The notes: generated by a model not told the origin, from the letters alone. Counted from the stretch's first letter, positions 39,689 through 50,183 are shown. The stretch: DNA of 64,000 nucleotides from an uncultured Gammaproteobacteria bacterium (GCA_964565345.1 CAZMEQ010000005.1:275-64274); one strand, 5' to 3'. A program made the numbers and translations.

Positions 39689-40960
39689 TTATTTCTTGAT
39701 TATTTTTTCCTGATTGTCCATATATGGGCGTAAGACTTCTGGAATTGTAATGCTACCATCCGCATTTTGATTTAATTCCAGTAGAGGAATCAATATTCTT
39801 GGTGTAGCAACGAGCGTATTGTTCAATGTATGGCAAAAATTAATTTTTCCTTCTTGATCTTTATATCTTAAATTCAACCTACGAGCCTGAAAATCATGTA
39901 AATTAGAACACGAGTGCGTTTCTCCGTAGCTTTTTCGGCTAGGCATCCAGCATTCAAAATCATACATTTGATATTTTCCTCGCCCCATATCCCCTGTACA
40001 AATATTTAGTACACGATAAGGCAACTTTAACGAAGCTAAAAATTCTTCAACATTAAGAACTAACTCGTCAAACATAGCTTGGCTTTGCTCCGGCTCTCCA
40101 GGACAGATTATAAATTGTTCTACTTTATTAAACTGATGTACACGATAAACGCCAGAAGTATCTTTGCCATATGTACCCGCTTCTCTTCTAAAACAAGTAG
40201 AAATACCAGCTAGTCGATAAGGCATCTTTGTTAGATCAAGAATTTCGTTTGCATAATAAGCTCCAAGCGCTACTTCTGATGTACCGACCAAAAATTTACC
40301 GTCTTTCTCCAGTTCATAAATTTGGTCTTCGGAACCAGGGAAAAAACCAGTTCCTTCGAGTGCAAAACGATCTACTATTACAGGGACATACATGAGTGTA
40401 TAATTTTTTCTACAAATAAAATCCTGGGAATATTTAAGTAGGGCTTGTTCAAGTCTTGCCCCATCACCCTTAAGGATGTATGAACGTGATCCACCTATTT
40501 TGACACCACGCTCGATATCAATAATATCTAAATCTCGACTTAACTCAACATGATCCTTCGGAGTAAATTCGAATTGCCTGATTGCTCCCACTTCTCGGAT
40601 AGACATGTTTTCGTTTTCATCTGTGCCCACAGGCGTCTCCGGGTGGACATACATCGGGACTTGAAGCATTAGGGCTTTCCAATCATCTACTATAGGCTTT
40701 AATTCTGCCTCCAATTTCTCCTGAGCATCATCAACCTCCTTCATTCGCGTTAAAGCTAATTCTCTGTCCTGGCCACTCAGTTTTGGAATTTCTTTAGAAG
40801 CTTGGTTCTTTTTTTGTCTTAACTCTTCAATTTTCTGGGATACTTTCTTTTTTTGCTCATCAATACTTAGAAGCTTGTCTATATCTATCCTGATATTCTT
40901 CTGACCAGCTACTTTTTGAATCAATTCACGATTTTCTTTAATAAATTTTATGTCAAGCAT
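39689..40960 (-). CDS. serS: Serine--tRNA ligase
   Basis: MLDIKFI, GTSE, CFRREAG, RVHQFNKVE, HTLNNT. Confidence 0.96.
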   Translation of the reverse strand: MLDIKFIKENRELIQKVAGQKNIRIDIDKLLSIDEQKKKVSQKIEELRQKKNQASKEIPKLSGQDRELALTRMKEVDDAQEKLEAELKPIVDDWKALMLQVPMYVHPETPVGTDENENMSIREVGAIRQFEFTPKDHVELSRDLDIIDIERGVKIGGSRSYILKGDGARLEQALLKYSQDFICRKNYTLMYVPVIVDRFALEGTGFFPGSEDQIYELEKDGKFLVGTSEVALGAYYANEILDLTKMPYRLAGISTCFRREAGTYGKDTSGVYRVHQFNKVEQFIICPGEPEQSQAMFDELVLNVEEFLASLKLPYRVLNICTGDMGRGKYQMYDFECWMPSRKSYGETHSCSNLHDFQARRLNLRYKDQEGKINFCHTLNNTLVATPRILIPLLELNQNADGSITIPEVLRPYMDNQEKIIKK

Positions 40961-41089
40961 ATATTTAAAAATTTAATTTTGTCTTACAAAATTTTTTAAT
41001 CCCCCAACGGGGAGATTTTTATATGATTTTTAATGTATTTAACCATAATCAATATAATTTTACACAAAAAGAGACATTAATTCAACTTA

Positions 41090-41118
41090 TTGACAAAAGC
41101 AACAAAAATTAATAATAT
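41090..41118 (+). promoter_or_regulatory. Sigma70 promoter of islet 4
   Basis: TTGACA-N17-TAATAT. Confidence 0.75.
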
Positions 41119-41157
41119 AATCTGTCCTGGCTAAGAACTTAAACTAGGGAGGCTTTA

Positions 41158-41355
41158 ATGGAGCCAATCGCTGTTTTTGCTCTCTTGACTGCCAACTTTC
41201 TGCTGGGGGAAATAACCGCCCGTGTGGTCAGAAAGACCCCGGAACTAGCTGACCGTGTGTGGGAGAATGACTACATTCTCTACCGCTTCACCGGACTACT
41301 CATCTTCCCCGTCATGTTGAACGAACTGCGCAAGTTGCGGACATCACCGTGCTAG
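41158..41355 (+). CDS. 65-aa small hydrophobic protein (GC islet 4)
   Basis: GGGAGG-N5-ATG, own promoter and terminator; sample line 53% GC. Confidence 0.72.
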   Translation: MEPIAVFALLTANFLLGEITARVVRKTPELADRVWENDYILYRFTGLLIFPVMLNELRKLRTSPC

Positions 41356-41360
41356 CCAGT

Positions 41361-41395
41361 GCGAGACTCACAACAACGTGCGTCTCGCTTTTTTT
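41361..41395 (+). terminator. Intrinsic terminator of islet 4
   Basis: GCGAGAC.CAC...GTG.GTCTCGC then T7. Confidence 0.85.
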
Positions 41396-41448
41396 ATAAG
41401 AATATCACCCTTTTTTACCTTGGGTGATATTCATCTTGAACAAATTTA

Positions 41449-42939
41449 TTATTCAGTATCATTATTAACTTCTCTTGGTTTCATCAATGGGAACAGAACT
41501 ACATCTCTTAGATTTTCTTGCCCCGTGAGCAAGGTGATAATTCTATCAACGCCCATTCCCCAACCAGAAATCGGAGGCATGCCATGCTTCATGGCCATAA
41601 TATATTCGGGGTCTCCCTCCATAGTTTCATCATCACCACCATCCTTTAATTTTGTTTGTTCTGCAAAGCGCTGTTCTTGATCGATTGGATCAACTAACTC
41701 TGAATAGGCTTTTACTACCTCCCAACCGTTAATGACAAGCTGAAATTGATCAACTATATCCTTGTTTTCGTCGTTTCGACGCGCTAATGGTTGCAATTCA
41801 ATTGGATAATAATACAAAAATGCTGGGCCTGTAATTTTAGGTCTCGAAACCTTTTTATAGAGGTTATCAACAATCGTGGCATAGCCCATTTCTTTGATAC
41901 CTTCCAGCTGGATGCCTTTTTCAGCTATTTTCTTAATCAAATCATTGCGCGTCCTAACCTTAGTAATATCAATTCCTGAATCCTTTTCTATTAATTCAAT
42001 GTAATTTATCCGCTCAAACGGTGTGGAGAAGTCAACTTCACGCTCCTGCCCTTCCTTGTCTTTAATCTTTATTTTATTAGGGAGATTTAGCTTTTTAAAA
42101 AGATAATTAAACATTTCTTCCGTAAAGCGCATATTATCTTCGTAATTCCAATAAGCACAATAATGTTCTAAGTGGGTATGCTCTGGCAAGTGTGAAGGAT
42201 CGTGCCCTTCATTTCTAAAAGCTTTGCCAAGCTCAAATATTTTCTCAAAGCCACCAACAATAAGTTCTTTCAAAGGTAATTCGTGTGAAATACGTAAATA
42301 GACATCGATATCCAAGGCATTATTATGCGTTTTGTATGGCTGGGCATGTGCTCCCGTCGCTTTATGTAATAACGTTTGTGTTTCTACTTCCATAAAACCC
42401 TGGGACCAATAAAATTCACGTAAAGCTTTTATAAAGTTGCTACGGAACTGAAAACGGGCCATAGTTTCTTCGTTTGATATCAAATCTAAATATCGTTGAC
42501 GATACGCTGTTTCCCTATCCCTTAAACCATGCCATTTTTCTGGCAAAGCTCTTAAAGCCTTGCCCAAAAAGGTCCATTTACTTACCAAGATCGTTTTTTC
42601 TCCCTTGTGTGTTACAAAAAGTTCACCTTCTACTCCCAGAAAATCACCCAGATCAATCGCTTTTAATAAAGTTTTATAATTGTCCTTACCCAGATCATCA
42701 GCCTTAAAGGCAACTTGCATTTTGCCGGAAATATCCTGTAAGTGAGCAAAGGTTAATTTACCCATATCCCGGAACATAATCAGTCGGCCGGCTGTTTCAA
42801 CCTTAGCCCCCTCATTTAGATCAAGACACTCAGCCAAGCTTTGCTTCTTATCAAACTTTTCTGGGTATGCTTGAATTCCCAGTTCGGCCAATTGATTTAG
42901 TTTTTGTAGGCGTATTTGTTCTTCGTTAGATTCACTCAT
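41449..42939 (-). CDS. lysS: Lysine--tRNA ligase (class II)
   Basis: YRQRYLDL, FRNEG, YSELVDP, GWGMGVDR; start set at MSES. Confidence 0.96.
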   Translation of the reverse strand: MSESNEEQIRLQKLNQLAELGIQAYPEKFDKKQSLAECLDLNEGAKVETAGRLIMFRDMGKLTFAHLQDISGKMQVAFKADDLGKDNYKTLLKAIDLGDFLGVEGELFVTHKGEKTILVSKWTFLGKALRALPEKWHGLRDRETAYRQRYLDLISNEETMARFQFRSNFIKALREFYWSQGFMEVETQTLLHKATGAHAQPYKTHNNALDIDVYLRISHELPLKELIVGGFEKIFELGKAFRNEGHDPSHLPEHTHLEHYCAYWNYEDNMRFTEEMFNYLFKKLNLPNKIKIKDKEGQEREVDFSTPFERINYIELIEKDSGIDITKVRTRNDLIKKIAEKGIQLEGIKEMGYATIVDNLYKKVSRPKITGPAFLYYYPIELQPLARRNDENKDIVDQFQLVINGWEVVKAYSELVDPIDQEQRFAEQTKLKDGGDDETMEGDPEYIMAMKHGMPPISGWGMGVDRIITLLTGQENLRDVVLFPLMKPREVNNDTE

Positions 42940-43025
42940 ATTATTGTAATTAATGATTAAATTATAGCTTATTTTATATAAAAAGCAAAGGAGCGCGCTT
43001 TTTAGACGCACTCCTTAAAATGACC

Positions 43026-43490
43026 TTATAAAATTTCTATGACTTGATAAACAACCTTACCCCGTGGTGCAGTGAACTCGACATCCTCACCCTTTTTTGC
43101 GTTCATAAACGCCTGCCCTATTGGCGAATCAACTGAAATTTTACCTTCAGCTGGGGCAGCCTCATTAAAACCAACTATAATAAATTCCTTTTTATTCCCT
43201 GTGGCATCTTTCACTAAAAAGCGTGAACCAACCGAAATTTTATCTTTTGTTTGAGCCTGATCATTGATTACTGCTCGCTTAAAAACTTCTTCAATTTCTA
43301 AAATACGTGCTTCAATACGTCCTTGTTGATCCTTGGCATCGTGATATTCAGCGTTTTCGGATAAATCACCCAATTCTTTAGCTTGTTCAATTTTCTCGAT
43401 AATTTCTGGTCGCTTTTGTTCTTTTAAAACTTTAAGTTCTTCTTCTAATTTAATGCGTCCTTCATCTGTCAAAATTATTGGTGCCGTCAT
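43026..43490 (-). CDS. greA: Transcription elongation factor GreA
   Basis: GDLSENAEY, ISVDSPIG. Confidence 0.95.
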   Translation of the reverse strand: MTAPIILTDEGRIKLEEELKVLKEQKRPEIIEKIEQAKELGDLSENAEYHDAKDQQGRIEARILEIEEVFKRAVINDQAQTKDKISVGSRFLVKDATGNKKEFIIVGFNEAAPAEGKISVDSPIGQAFMNAKKGEDVEFTAPRGKVVYQVIEIL

Positions 43491-43587
43491 AATTACTAAT
43501 TAAATACAGGCCTATTCGACCTGGTTATTGTTTATAATATAAATATAACAAACCATTAATCAAAGTCAAGTTATCCACAATTTTAAA

Positions 43588-45618
43588 TTAGTGCCTTTTA
43601 TATTCTCGAAAATACCAACTCAAAAACTCACTAACAATTTGTGCTGTAATCTTACTACCCTCTTCTCCCTCCTCGACTAAAACCATAATAGAAAGTTCTG
43701 GTTCACTGTAAGGCGCAAAAGCCACAAACCATGCATGAGCTGGTTTATCTAATTGCCATTGCGCTGTACCAGTTTTTGCCCCTGAGCTAACCGGCAAAGA
43801 GTTCAAAATTCTGGCACTCCCGCTACGAACAGCTTGTTGCATCCCCTGACGAACTAATTCTATATTATTTTCTTTTATAAAATTTTCGTGCAAAATTTCT
43901 GTCTTGATTTCTACTTTTTCGCCATTATTCTGATCAATATAATGATTTATTAATTGCGGTTTATAAAGTATCCCTCCATTTGCAAACACATTAACATAGT
44001 TAGCGACTTGAATAGGCGTGACAAGAAGATCTCCCTGCCCTATCGCCAAATGATATGTATCTCCGATATACCATGGCTCGCCTTTTGTTGTTTCTTTCCA
44101 TTCAGGTGTAGGTAAAAAACCGGTTTTTTCGTTTGGCAATTCTACGCCAGTTATTTTGTTTAATCCAAATCTTTCAAGATATTCCTTAATTTTGTAGACC
44201 CCTAAGCCAGGTTGTTGACCATAACCGCCTCCAATTATATAAAAGAACGTGTTTACTGATTGGGCAATAGCCTTTTTAACGTCCGTTAAACCGTGGCCAC
44301 CAGCCTGCCAGTCCGGGAAAAACCATTGTCCTATCCTGATGCCACCCACGCTCATAAAACTGGTTGCAGCTGTTATTATTCCCTCTTCTAAGGCTGAAGC
44401 GGCCATAACTGGCTTTATGGTAGACCCAGATGGATATTCCCCACTTATACTTCTATTAAAAAGAGGCTTATTGGGATCATTTATTAAAGCCTGATAATCA
44501 TTTTGGCTTATCCCCCCCGAAAACAAATTATTATCATAGCCAGGTAAACTTATTAGTGTTTTAATCGCCCCGTTATTAGGATCCATAACTATGGCTGAGG
44601 CTCGTTTTTTACCAGACTTAGATAAATATGAACTTATAATTGATTCCAACCTCTCTTGCATTACTAAATCAATATTCAAAACTACGCTGTCGCCTTTTTC
44701 AACTTTTTCTTGGGCGATTATTTTTATAGCCTGCCCTGACGAATCAACCTCGACCTGCTCCTTTCCATAAACACCGCGTAAAATCTTTTCCAAACTTAAC
44801 TCAAGTCCCGTTTTCCCAATATTATCATTAAATAAATAGCCATATTTTTTTTGTTCTTCATACTCGGAGGCACTAACTTTACCTTCATAACCCAGTATAT
44901 GGCCCAGGCTGTATATCAATTTATTGTTTTTAGTATTTAAATACTCTCGCTTTGATTGAATTTCGATATTCACTCCTTGATAATCAAAACTCTCAATTTG
45001 CATTTTTAGTGCGAGTTCGTAATCAATATTTTCAGCTATTAATCTAGGCTCGGAATATTCTTTCTGTTTTTTATTTACTGCTAAGGCCTGCTGAAGACTT
45101 TCATTATCAGGATCGATGTTTAAATTCTGCTTAAGCCATATATAAACTCGATCCGGGTTATCCTCACTCGAAAAAAATATATTTGGCGTTATATACAAGG
45201 AAAAACTAGGGATATTACGCACTAAGGGAGTCCCATTTATATCATAAATTATGCCACGCGGGGCCGGTAGATTATAGATTCTAATTCTATTATTTTCGGC
45301 AACTGACCTATAATAGGCTCCATTAACCACTTGTAGTTGTATAGCACGAGACATTAAAATTAGCAGACCCAACAATAGTGTAATCCAAAAAAGCCAAATT
45401 CTATATGGGGCCAACGCTATCCCTAAATAATTCTGTTTTGTACTGACTAAATCTGCCTCAGAATAATTGATAAAGGTGTCTTCAACCCAGACACTACGAT
45501 TTCTTTTTTTTAAATCAGAGCTCTTTATTTTAAAGTAACCACCCGCAAAACCGATCTCTTGTCCCATTTTGCTCTCTTTGGGTGCTTTGACAAATCTTTT
45601 TTTTATATATGCCCACAT
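43588..45618 (-). CDS. mrdA: Penicillin-binding protein 2
   Basis: APRGIIYD, GSTIKP (SxxK), SVN, KTGTAQ; follows mreBCD; start uncertain. Confidence 0.92.
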   Translation of the reverse strand: MWAYIKKRFVKAPKESKMGQEIGFAGGYFKIKSSDLKKRNRSVWVEDTFINYSEADLVSTKQNYLGIALAPYRIWLFWITLLLGLLILMSRAIQLQVVNGAYYRSVAENNRIRIYNLPAPRGIIYDINGTPLVRNIPSFSLYITPNIFFSSEDNPDRVYIWLKQNLNIDPDNESLQQALAVNKKQKEYSEPRLIAENIDYELALKMQIESFDYQGVNIEIQSKREYLNTKNNKLIYSLGHILGYEGKVSASEYEEQKKYGYLFNDNIGKTGLELSLEKILRGVYGKEQVEVDSSGQAIKIIAQEKVEKGDSVVLNIDLVMQERLESIISSYLSKSGKKRASAIVMDPNNGAIKTLISLPGYDNNLFSGGISQNDYQALINDPNKPLFNRSISGEYPSGSTIKPVMAASALEEGIITAATSFMSVGGIRIGQWFFPDWQAGGHGLTDVKKAIAQSVNTFFYIIGGGYGQQPGLGVYKIKEYLERFGLNKITGVELPNEKTGFLPTPEWKETTKGEPWYIGDTYHLAIGQGDLLVTPIQVANYVNVFANGGILYKPQLINHYIDQNNGEKVEIKTEILHENFIKENNIELVRQGMQQAVRSGSARILNSLPVSSGAKTGTAQWQLDKPAHAWFVAFAPYSEPELSIMVLVEEGEEGSKITAQIVSEFLSWYFREYKRH

Positions 45619-45619
45619 A

Positions 45620-46162
45620 TCAATTTTTTGTTGTATCAATAAAAACTGCCTTAAATTGCTTACTACTAAAATTGAAAATAAAAAAAAGAACTAAAGTCAA
45701 TACAAGATTCAATATCAACTGCCAAGCAAAATTATTAATATTTACGAGCGTGAAGCCTTTTATCAAGGAAAAATCTTTTGTTTCGATAAAAATATTACTC
45801 ACCTGAACTAGATAAAACGCCAAAAAGAGGAAAATCGTAGCCGACAAAACCAACCCCATCAAACTATAAAGAGACTTATTCGTTAAAAGTTTACGCGAGA
45901 TTAAATATACCAAATATAGTGTTAATAAAAAACAGACGACGTTAACGCCAAATATTGAAGGTGAATACAAATCGAGTAAAAAGCCAAGAATAAGGGCATA
46001 AATTACACCATAATAAAAATGATATGCAACTGAGACAAAAACTATAGTGGCCAGAACAACATTCATATTCATAAATATCTGTCCCCAATTCGGGAAAATA
46101 GCCACTTGGAGTAACATGACCAGCACTATAACCAGGGCATTTTTTAGTATTTTTAAAATCAT
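45620..46162 (-). CDS. mreD: Rod shape-determining protein MreD
   Basis: Hydrophobic, GFLLDLYS motif, position in operon. Confidence 0.8.
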   Translation of the reverse strand: MILKILKNALVIVLVMLLQVAIFPNWGQIFMNMNVVLATIVFVSVAYHFYYGVIYALILGFLLDLYSPSIFGVNVVCFLLTLYLVYLISRKLLTNKSLYSLMGLVLSATIFLFLAFYLVQVSNIFIETKDFSLIKGFTLVNINNFAWQLILNLVLTLVLFFIFNFSSKQFKAVFIDTTKN

Positions 46163-46965
46163 TTGTTTTTAACTATGTTAACCATAGTTATTTTACTGAA
46201 ATCAATCGGAGATTTAATCGTTGCTTCATGAAAAAGTGCTTCTGGCTCTTTCTTTATTCTTTCAATTTGTCCAACAACAAGATTAGCCGGAACATTTTCT
46301 TCTATGCCCGAAGTAACAACCAAATCACCCTCAAATACTATTTCATTTTGTGGTATAAAACCCATTTTTAAGCCTAGACCAAACTCCCCTTCAACAACAC
46401 CCATAGTTTTCGTCCTACCCTGAATTTTTACGGCAATACGCGATAGATCATCATTAATAAGAGTCATCAAGCTCCTATTGTTTTCTACCTTACTAATTTT
46501 TCCCACAACAATTCCAGCTGCACCCAAAACTGGCTGACCAACAACTAACCCACTCTGCGTTCCAACATCCAGCAATAGCGAGTTCGGTTTCCCGCCTATA
46601 TTTTTGCCAATTACATTCGCTATAACAAACTCATAAGACATTGTTTGTGAAAACTTAAGTTGTTCTCGTAAAAACTCGTTTTCTTCCTTTTCATTTTCAA
46701 AATAACTTTTTTCTTTTAAAAGAATAGCAATCTGATCTTTTAACTCCTTATTCTCTCGTAATAAGTCTTGCTTGCTTCGAAAACTCAAATAATTATCTCC
46801 GATTTTATTGGAGAGAGAATATGTAAGTCTCATTACCGGCTTAGTTAAATAAACTATGCCCCGTTCTAAAGGAGATAAAACGCGGATAAAGTGCAAAAAT
46901 AAAATTAACAAAACAATAGAAACTATTAAAATTACAACTTTTATTGGTTGTGATGTCCTTGGCAT
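46159..46965 (-). CDS. mreC: Rod shape-determining protein MreC
   Basis: TM, coiled coil, GDLVVTSG. Confidence 0.9.
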   Translation of the reverse strand: MPRTSQPIKVVILIVSIVLLILFLHFIRVLSPLERGIVYLTKPVMRLTYSLSNKIGDNYLSFRSKQDLLRENKELKDQIAILLKEKSYFENEKEENEFLREQLKFSQTMSYEFVIANVIGKNIGGKPNSLLLDVGTQSGLVVGQPVLGAAGIVVGKISKVENNRSLMTLINDDLSRIAVKIQGRTKTMGVVEGEFGLGLKMGFIPQNEIVFEGDLVVTSGIEENVPANLVVGQIERIKKEPEALFHEATIKSPIDFSKITMVNIVKNK

Positions 46966-46966
46966 A

Positions 46967-48022
46967 TTATCTAACCATTTTCTCTTCGTTAGCAGATGGC
47001 AGCAAGATGTCGTTTAATAATTTTTCGTCATCGAGTAAAACCATAAGACCTCTTATTGTACAGGTAGTAGGATCATCAGCGACACGGACTGGAATCTCTG
47101 TCTCTTTTGAAATGATTTTATCAATGCCCCGTAAAAGAGCGCCACCACCACAAAGAACAATGCCTCTTTCAAAAATATCAGCGACAAGCTCAGGTGGTGT
47201 TAATTCTAGAACGCTTTTTATGGCGTCTATAATACTATGGATGGAGTTCGCCAATGCTTCGCGTACCTGATAATCAGTTATCATAATCTCACGTGGCAAG
47301 CCACTTATTAAATCGCGTCCACGCATCTCTACCGAAAGAGACTCACCTAACTCGAACGCTGAACCGATCTTTTTCTTGATTTCATCTGCATTTTTTTCAC
47401 CAATCAACAGGTTAAACCTATCACGCGCATACTGAATAATGTTTTTGTTCAGTTCTTCTCCTGCAATTTTCATTGTTTTGGAAATAACAACTCCATGCAA
47501 AGAGATAACTGCAATTTCTGTTTTGCCTCCGCCCAAATTAATAATCATACTTCCAGAAGCATCATTAATGGGTAAACGCGCACCAATAGCAGCCGACATA
47601 ACCTCTTCAACCAAGAACACCTTACCTGCCCCAGCCCCAAGAGCGGCATCTTCTACCGCCTTTTTTTCTACCTCTGTGACATCCAGAGGGATGCTAATAA
47701 CAACAGAAGGTCGAGCTGTAAAGTTGAAGTTTTCTTGAAAAATTTTATCAAAAAAATATTTGAACATTTTTTCTGTTACTTCGAAGTCAGAAATAACGCC
47801 ATTTATTAAAGGGTAGGCTAAAGTTATGTAGCGTGGGTTTTTCCCCACCATCTTGCTGGCCTCCTCCCCCACAGCAATAATTTGATCTAAACGATTATTA
47901 ATAGCCACAACTGATGGCTCTGAAATAACAATCCCCTTATCTTGGAGTGCGATTGTCGTATTAGATGTGCCCAAATCAATACCAATCTTTTTTGAGAATC
48001 TGTTTAATAAGCCTCTAAGCAT
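46967..48022 (-). CDS. mreB: Rod shape-determining protein MreB
   Basis: IGIDLGT, EPSVVA, TPPEL, GGGALL. Confidence 0.95.
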   Translation of the reverse strand: MLRGLLNRFSKKIGIDLGTSNTTIALQDKGIVISEPSVVAINNRLDQIIAVGEEASKMVGKNPRYITLAYPLINGVISDFEVTEKMFKYFFDKIFQENFNFTARPSVVISIPLDVTEVEKKAVEDAALGAGAGKVFLVEEVMSAAIGARLPINDASGSMIINLGGGKTEIAVISLHGVVISKTMKIAGEELNKNIIQYARDRFNLLIGEKNADEIKKKIGSAFELGESLSVEMRGRDLISGLPREIMITDYQVREALANSIHSIIDAIKSVLELTPPELVADIFERGIVLCGGGALLRGIDKIISKETEIPVRVADDPTTCTIRGLMVLLDDEKLLNDILLPSANEEKMVR

Positions 48023-48071
48023 ATATTTATAAAATAAAAATCAATAACTTAAGTTAATTTGATTTTTATTT

Positions 48072-49298
48072 TTATTTTATTATTTTTTTGATTATTCCAG
48101 TGCGCGCAACTAGTTCGGGTGTTTTCTCAGAACGTTGTTTACATTCCACCACATCTTGGGCCAATGTCTTGGTGCTGACGACCAACCGTTTTGGTAAACC
48201 AATTAAATCGCTATCTTTTAATTTTACACCCGCACTTAAGTCTCTATCATCAAAGAGTACCTCCACTCCGGCTTGTTGCAACTCCCTATATAATGCCTCA
48301 GCGGCTTGTTTTACTTCTGGTTCTGGGCCCAAATTCAATAAATGGATTTCGAAAGGCGCTACAGCTTCAGGCCAAATAAGCCCCACCGAATCTTGGTGAA
48401 TCTCGGCAATAGTTCCAACTATACGCGATGGACCGATCCCATAACACCCCATTTGGACATCGCTTTCCTGACCAGCCTCGTTGCTATATTTAAAACCAAA
48501 CGCCGTTGAGTATTTTGTTTTCAATTTAAAGATGTTGCCGACCTCAATCGCTTTATTAATTTCCCATTTTTGTCCGCACTCGCAATTTTCGGACTCTATG
48601 ATTTCTTTATTTCTGTGAATATTACATTTAGAGCAACTATAAACCAAATCTTCGCCGCTTTCAGTAAACACCTGAAATTCATGTGAGTATTTAGAAAAGG
48701 TCCCGCCGCTAGCTTCAACGATCTTGGCGTCTAAACCACAAGCATTAAAAATACGAACGTAAGCTTGCATGACAAGTTCATAATATTTATCTAAGTCTTC
48801 GATATCACGATGAAAGGAATACAGATCCTTCATGCTGAATTCGCGCCCACGCAATAAGCCCGATTTGGCTCTGGCCTCATTACGGAATTTATCTTGGATT
48901 TGATAAACAGCTCTGGGTAAATCTTTATAAGAGGAAACAAAACGCTGCAGCAAAGGTGTCACAATTTCTTCGTGTGTGGCTCCGAGTGCATATTCTTTGT
49001 CACCCATACCCTTGAGACGGAAAAGAACGTCTAAACCATCCCAACGGCCTGTTTTTTCCCAATTTTCTTTTGGAGTTAATGCGGGCATCAAAATTTCTTG
49101 CGCTCCCAAGGCGTCCATTTCTTTACGAATTATATTTTTAACTTTATTCAAAACTCGTAAACCTAAAGGCAAATAGGTATAAACACCAGCCATTAATTTA
49201 TCAACGTATCCAGCACGTATCAAAAGTTGCGCGTTCAAACTAGGCTCGTCCTTTGGCAATTCCTTAGTTGTGTGGCTAAAAAGTACGGACTGTCGCAT
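48072..49298 (-). CDS. proS: Proline--tRNA ligase (short form without editing insertion)
   Basis: ATHEE, KFRNEAR, REFSMKDLYSF, IEVGNIF, GCYGIG; start set at MRQS. Confidence 0.94.
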   Translation of the reverse strand: MRQSVLFSHTTKELPKDEPSLNAQLLIRAGYVDKLMAGVYTYLPLGLRVLNKVKNIIRKEMDALGAQEILMPALTPKENWEKTGRWDGLDVLFRLKGMGDKEYALGATHEEIVTPLLQRFVSSYKDLPRAVYQIQDKFRNEARAKSGLLRGREFSMKDLYSFHRDIEDLDKYYELVMQAYVRIFNACGLDAKIVEASGGTFSKYSHEFQVFTESGEDLVYSCSKCNIHRNKEIIESENCECGQKWEINKAIEVGNIFKLKTKYSTAFGFKYSNEAGQESDVQMGCYGIGPSRIVGTIAEIHQDSVGLIWPEAVAPFEIHLLNLGPEPEVKQAAEALYRELQQAGVEVLFDDRDLSAGVKLKDSDLIGLPKRLVVSTKTLAQDVVECKQRSEKTPELVARTGIIKKIIK

Positions 49299-49302
49299 AA
49301 TA

Positions 49303-49686
49303 TTACTTATTATATTTTTGATATGAAATTGAGAATAGTTCGACAAAACCAAGTAAGACAATTAAAACAGTTAAATTCCACCATGTTAAAAAGCGTTGAC
49401 TTTGGAGTAAAAGAGCAACCACAAGTAAAATAGTAAACAGAACCGCTTGTCGTGAAGCCACTTTAACATGTTTGTAGGGCAAATCATCTTTATTTAATAA
49501 TATTCGGATTAAATAACCAATAAAAGAAAAGGTGCCCAGCAAAGCTAAAATAAGACTAAAATAAAAAAGCAGTAAGGCCAAGAGACCACCACTTTGTGGC
49601 GTCATAAACATAAGAACAGCGCCCCAGGCCAACCAACACAACATTGTCCCCAACCCTAAAATCAAAAAAAATTTACCTACGCTCAT
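49303..49686 (-). CDS. Small multi-pass membrane protein
   Basis: Four hydrophobic segments; directly upstream of proS. Confidence 0.7.
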   Translation of the reverse strand: MSVGKFFLILGLGTMLCWLAWGAVLMFMTPQSGGLLALLLFYFSLILALLGTFSFIGYLIRILLNKDDLPYKHVKVASRQAVLFTILLVVALLLQSQRFLTWWNLTVLIVLLGFVELFSISYQKYNK

Positions 49687-49726
49687 ATGATAGTATTCTA
49701 CCATAATCAAGTAGTGTTTTCAACCT

Positions 49727-49766
49727 AAAAAAACACCCCGCCAACCGACTCGGTCGGTAGCAGGGT
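49727..49766 (-). terminator. Intrinsic terminator of islet 5
   Basis: Minus strand ACCCTGCTACCGAC-cga-GTCGGTTGGCGGGGT then T7. Confidence 0.8.
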
Positions 49767-49774
49767 TTGACTTG

Positions 49775-50113
49775 TCAGGGACGCGGCGGGTAGTGCGTCG
49801 CACGTTGGCGAGTGTCCTCGATGGCCTCCGCCAGCTCGCCGAGATTGGTCGGCATCTTGGTAAGATTGCGGAAACGCACCGGGAGACGCAAGTTGCACCC
49901 CCCACAGCACAGGACCATATTCTGATCGGTGATCTTGTGGGGACGCATCGGTCCGCCACAGTACGGCTTGTGAAAAAGCCAGTACGGACCATCGATGGGA
50001 ATGGAGAGCCATTCCGCCTTCTGCTCACGACCGACCATGATCTCGAAGCTACCTTCGTCATCCGGAACATCCGGCAACATGCACTCGGCCACGACGACCC
50101 TATTCGATTCCAT
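49775..50113 (-). CDS. Cys/His-containing hypothetical protein (GC islet 5)
   Basis: GGGAGG-N5-ATG at 50113 (MESNRVV), HKPYCGG...CCGGC; sample line 65% GC. Confidence 0.72.
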   Translation of the reverse strand: MESNRVVVAECMLPDVPDDEGSFEIMVGREQKAEWLSIPIDGPYWLFHKPYCGGPMRPHKITDQNMVLCCGGCNLRLPVRFRNLTKMPTNLGELAEAIEDTRQRATHYPPRP

Positions 50114-50154
50114 TGCAACCTCCCTGCGGTCTAAAGACCGCATAGCAACCTTTA

Positions 50155-50183
50155 TTTTTAACTTATTTCTCGATCTTTGTCAA
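50155..50183 (-). promoter_or_regulatory. Putative promoter of islet 5 inside the 3' end of dciA
   Basis: Minus strand TTGACA-N17-TAAAAA (imperfect -10). Confidence 0.5.
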
